A DNA stretch of 64,000 bases from Bdellovibrionota bacterium. Lineage in GTDB: Bacteria; Bdellovibrionota_G; JALEGL01; JAGRMV01. Below, piece after piece: positions 63,687 to 64,000 of the stretch (position 1 is its first letter; each line of letters begins with the position of its first letter). The translations under genes and the position numbers were made by a program. The notes beneath the pieces were generated by a model that was given only the letters and a program-made list of their open reading frames with translations, did not search any database and had not been told where the DNA came from. The stretch lies in NCBI GenBank assembly GCA_041391365.1, contig JAWKOC010000002.1:517300-581299 (forward strand). The letters are read 5' to 3'.

Positions 63687-64000
63687 CCATGTTGCTGAGT
63701 GCATTCGGCAGGCCAGTCTTGCATTGACCGAGCATCATGTCGAGGCCCCCTTGCGTGCGGCCACACTCATCATGTGCCATGTGCTTGGAATCACCCAGGT
63801 TCAATTGCTTGCCGGTCGAGATGCTGACTCGTTGACCGAACAGGCGTTGCAAAAATATCAAAAACTGATTGAGCGTAGAAAAAACCATGAGCCTTTGGCC
63901 TACATTTTGGGGACCAAAGAGTTTTATGGGTTAGACTTTGAGGTATCCAACCATGTGCTGATTCCCCGGCCCGAGACGGAGCTGCTGGTAGACTGGGTGC
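63670..64000 (+). CDS. prmC: Release factor glutamine methyltransferase (partial, continues beyond the window)
   Basis: N-terminal PrmC/HemK homology ([29 protein letters not shown]). Probable GTG start overlapping the prfA end. Confidence 0.8.
   Translation, partial: MKLQSNHVAECIRQASLALTEHHVEAPLRAATLIMCHVLGITQVQLLAGRDADSLTEQALQKYQKLIERRKNHEPLAYILGTKEFYGLDFEVSNHVLIPRPETELLVDWV

Overview
This 64 kb window is a gene-dense bacterial chromosomal segment of about 45% GC, coding on both strands. The gene content and order suggest a deltaproteobacterial or Bdellovibrionota-like organism, but that assignment is low-confidence. Most of the window is housekeeping. Recognisable operons and loci are: rplM-rpsI (with a promoter-like site upstream and a terminator downstream), pyrG, a radical SAM hopanoid-biosynthesis HpnH-like gene, rpoN-hpf-ptsN-rapZ, metK, a fused alpha/beta E1 2-oxoacid dehydrogenase, ctaA, rpsU-dnaG-rpoD, tRNA-Met(CAU), a zinc-ribbon gene followed by rnhA and rnpB (RNase P RNA, type A), folB, efp, ahcY, polA, trxB, tag, tRNA-Ala(GGC), pgsA, lepA, pyrB-pyrC-carA-(unknown)-carB, recG, an acyl-CoA ligase, and prfA-prmC. 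The accessory-looking part is an islet of roughly 4.5 kb between tag and tRNA-Ala. It carries a perfect CsoR-type palindrome over the RBS and start of a secreted protein gene, followed by a translationally coupled MerP-like metallochaperone, MerT-like permease and CsoR-family repressor, with no mercuric reductase MerA and no copper-exporting ATPase CopA in the window. It also carries a PaiB regulator and two secreted proteins of unknown function. It is bounded by two 64-nt direct repeats that duplicate the tRNA-Ala 3' end, plus a further tRNA 3'-half-like fragment. Other notable items are a dual-FHA sigma-54 activator with a sigma-54-like promoter in front of its own gene, two very large secreted proteins upstream of polA, an orphan ribbon-helix-helix regulator with palindromes in its promoter, an unknown gene embedded in the carA-carB operon, and a structured, promoter- and terminator-bearing convergent intergenic region (recG/acyl-CoA ligase) that may encode an sRNA. 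At least five conserved genes (the sigma-54 activator, ahcY, recG, a phasin-like gene, and probably an Rsm22-like methyltransferase) appear split by single-nucleotide indels located in homopolymer runs. That pattern points to sequencing or assembly error rather than true pseudogenes. No CRISPR array, transposase or integrase was recognised.
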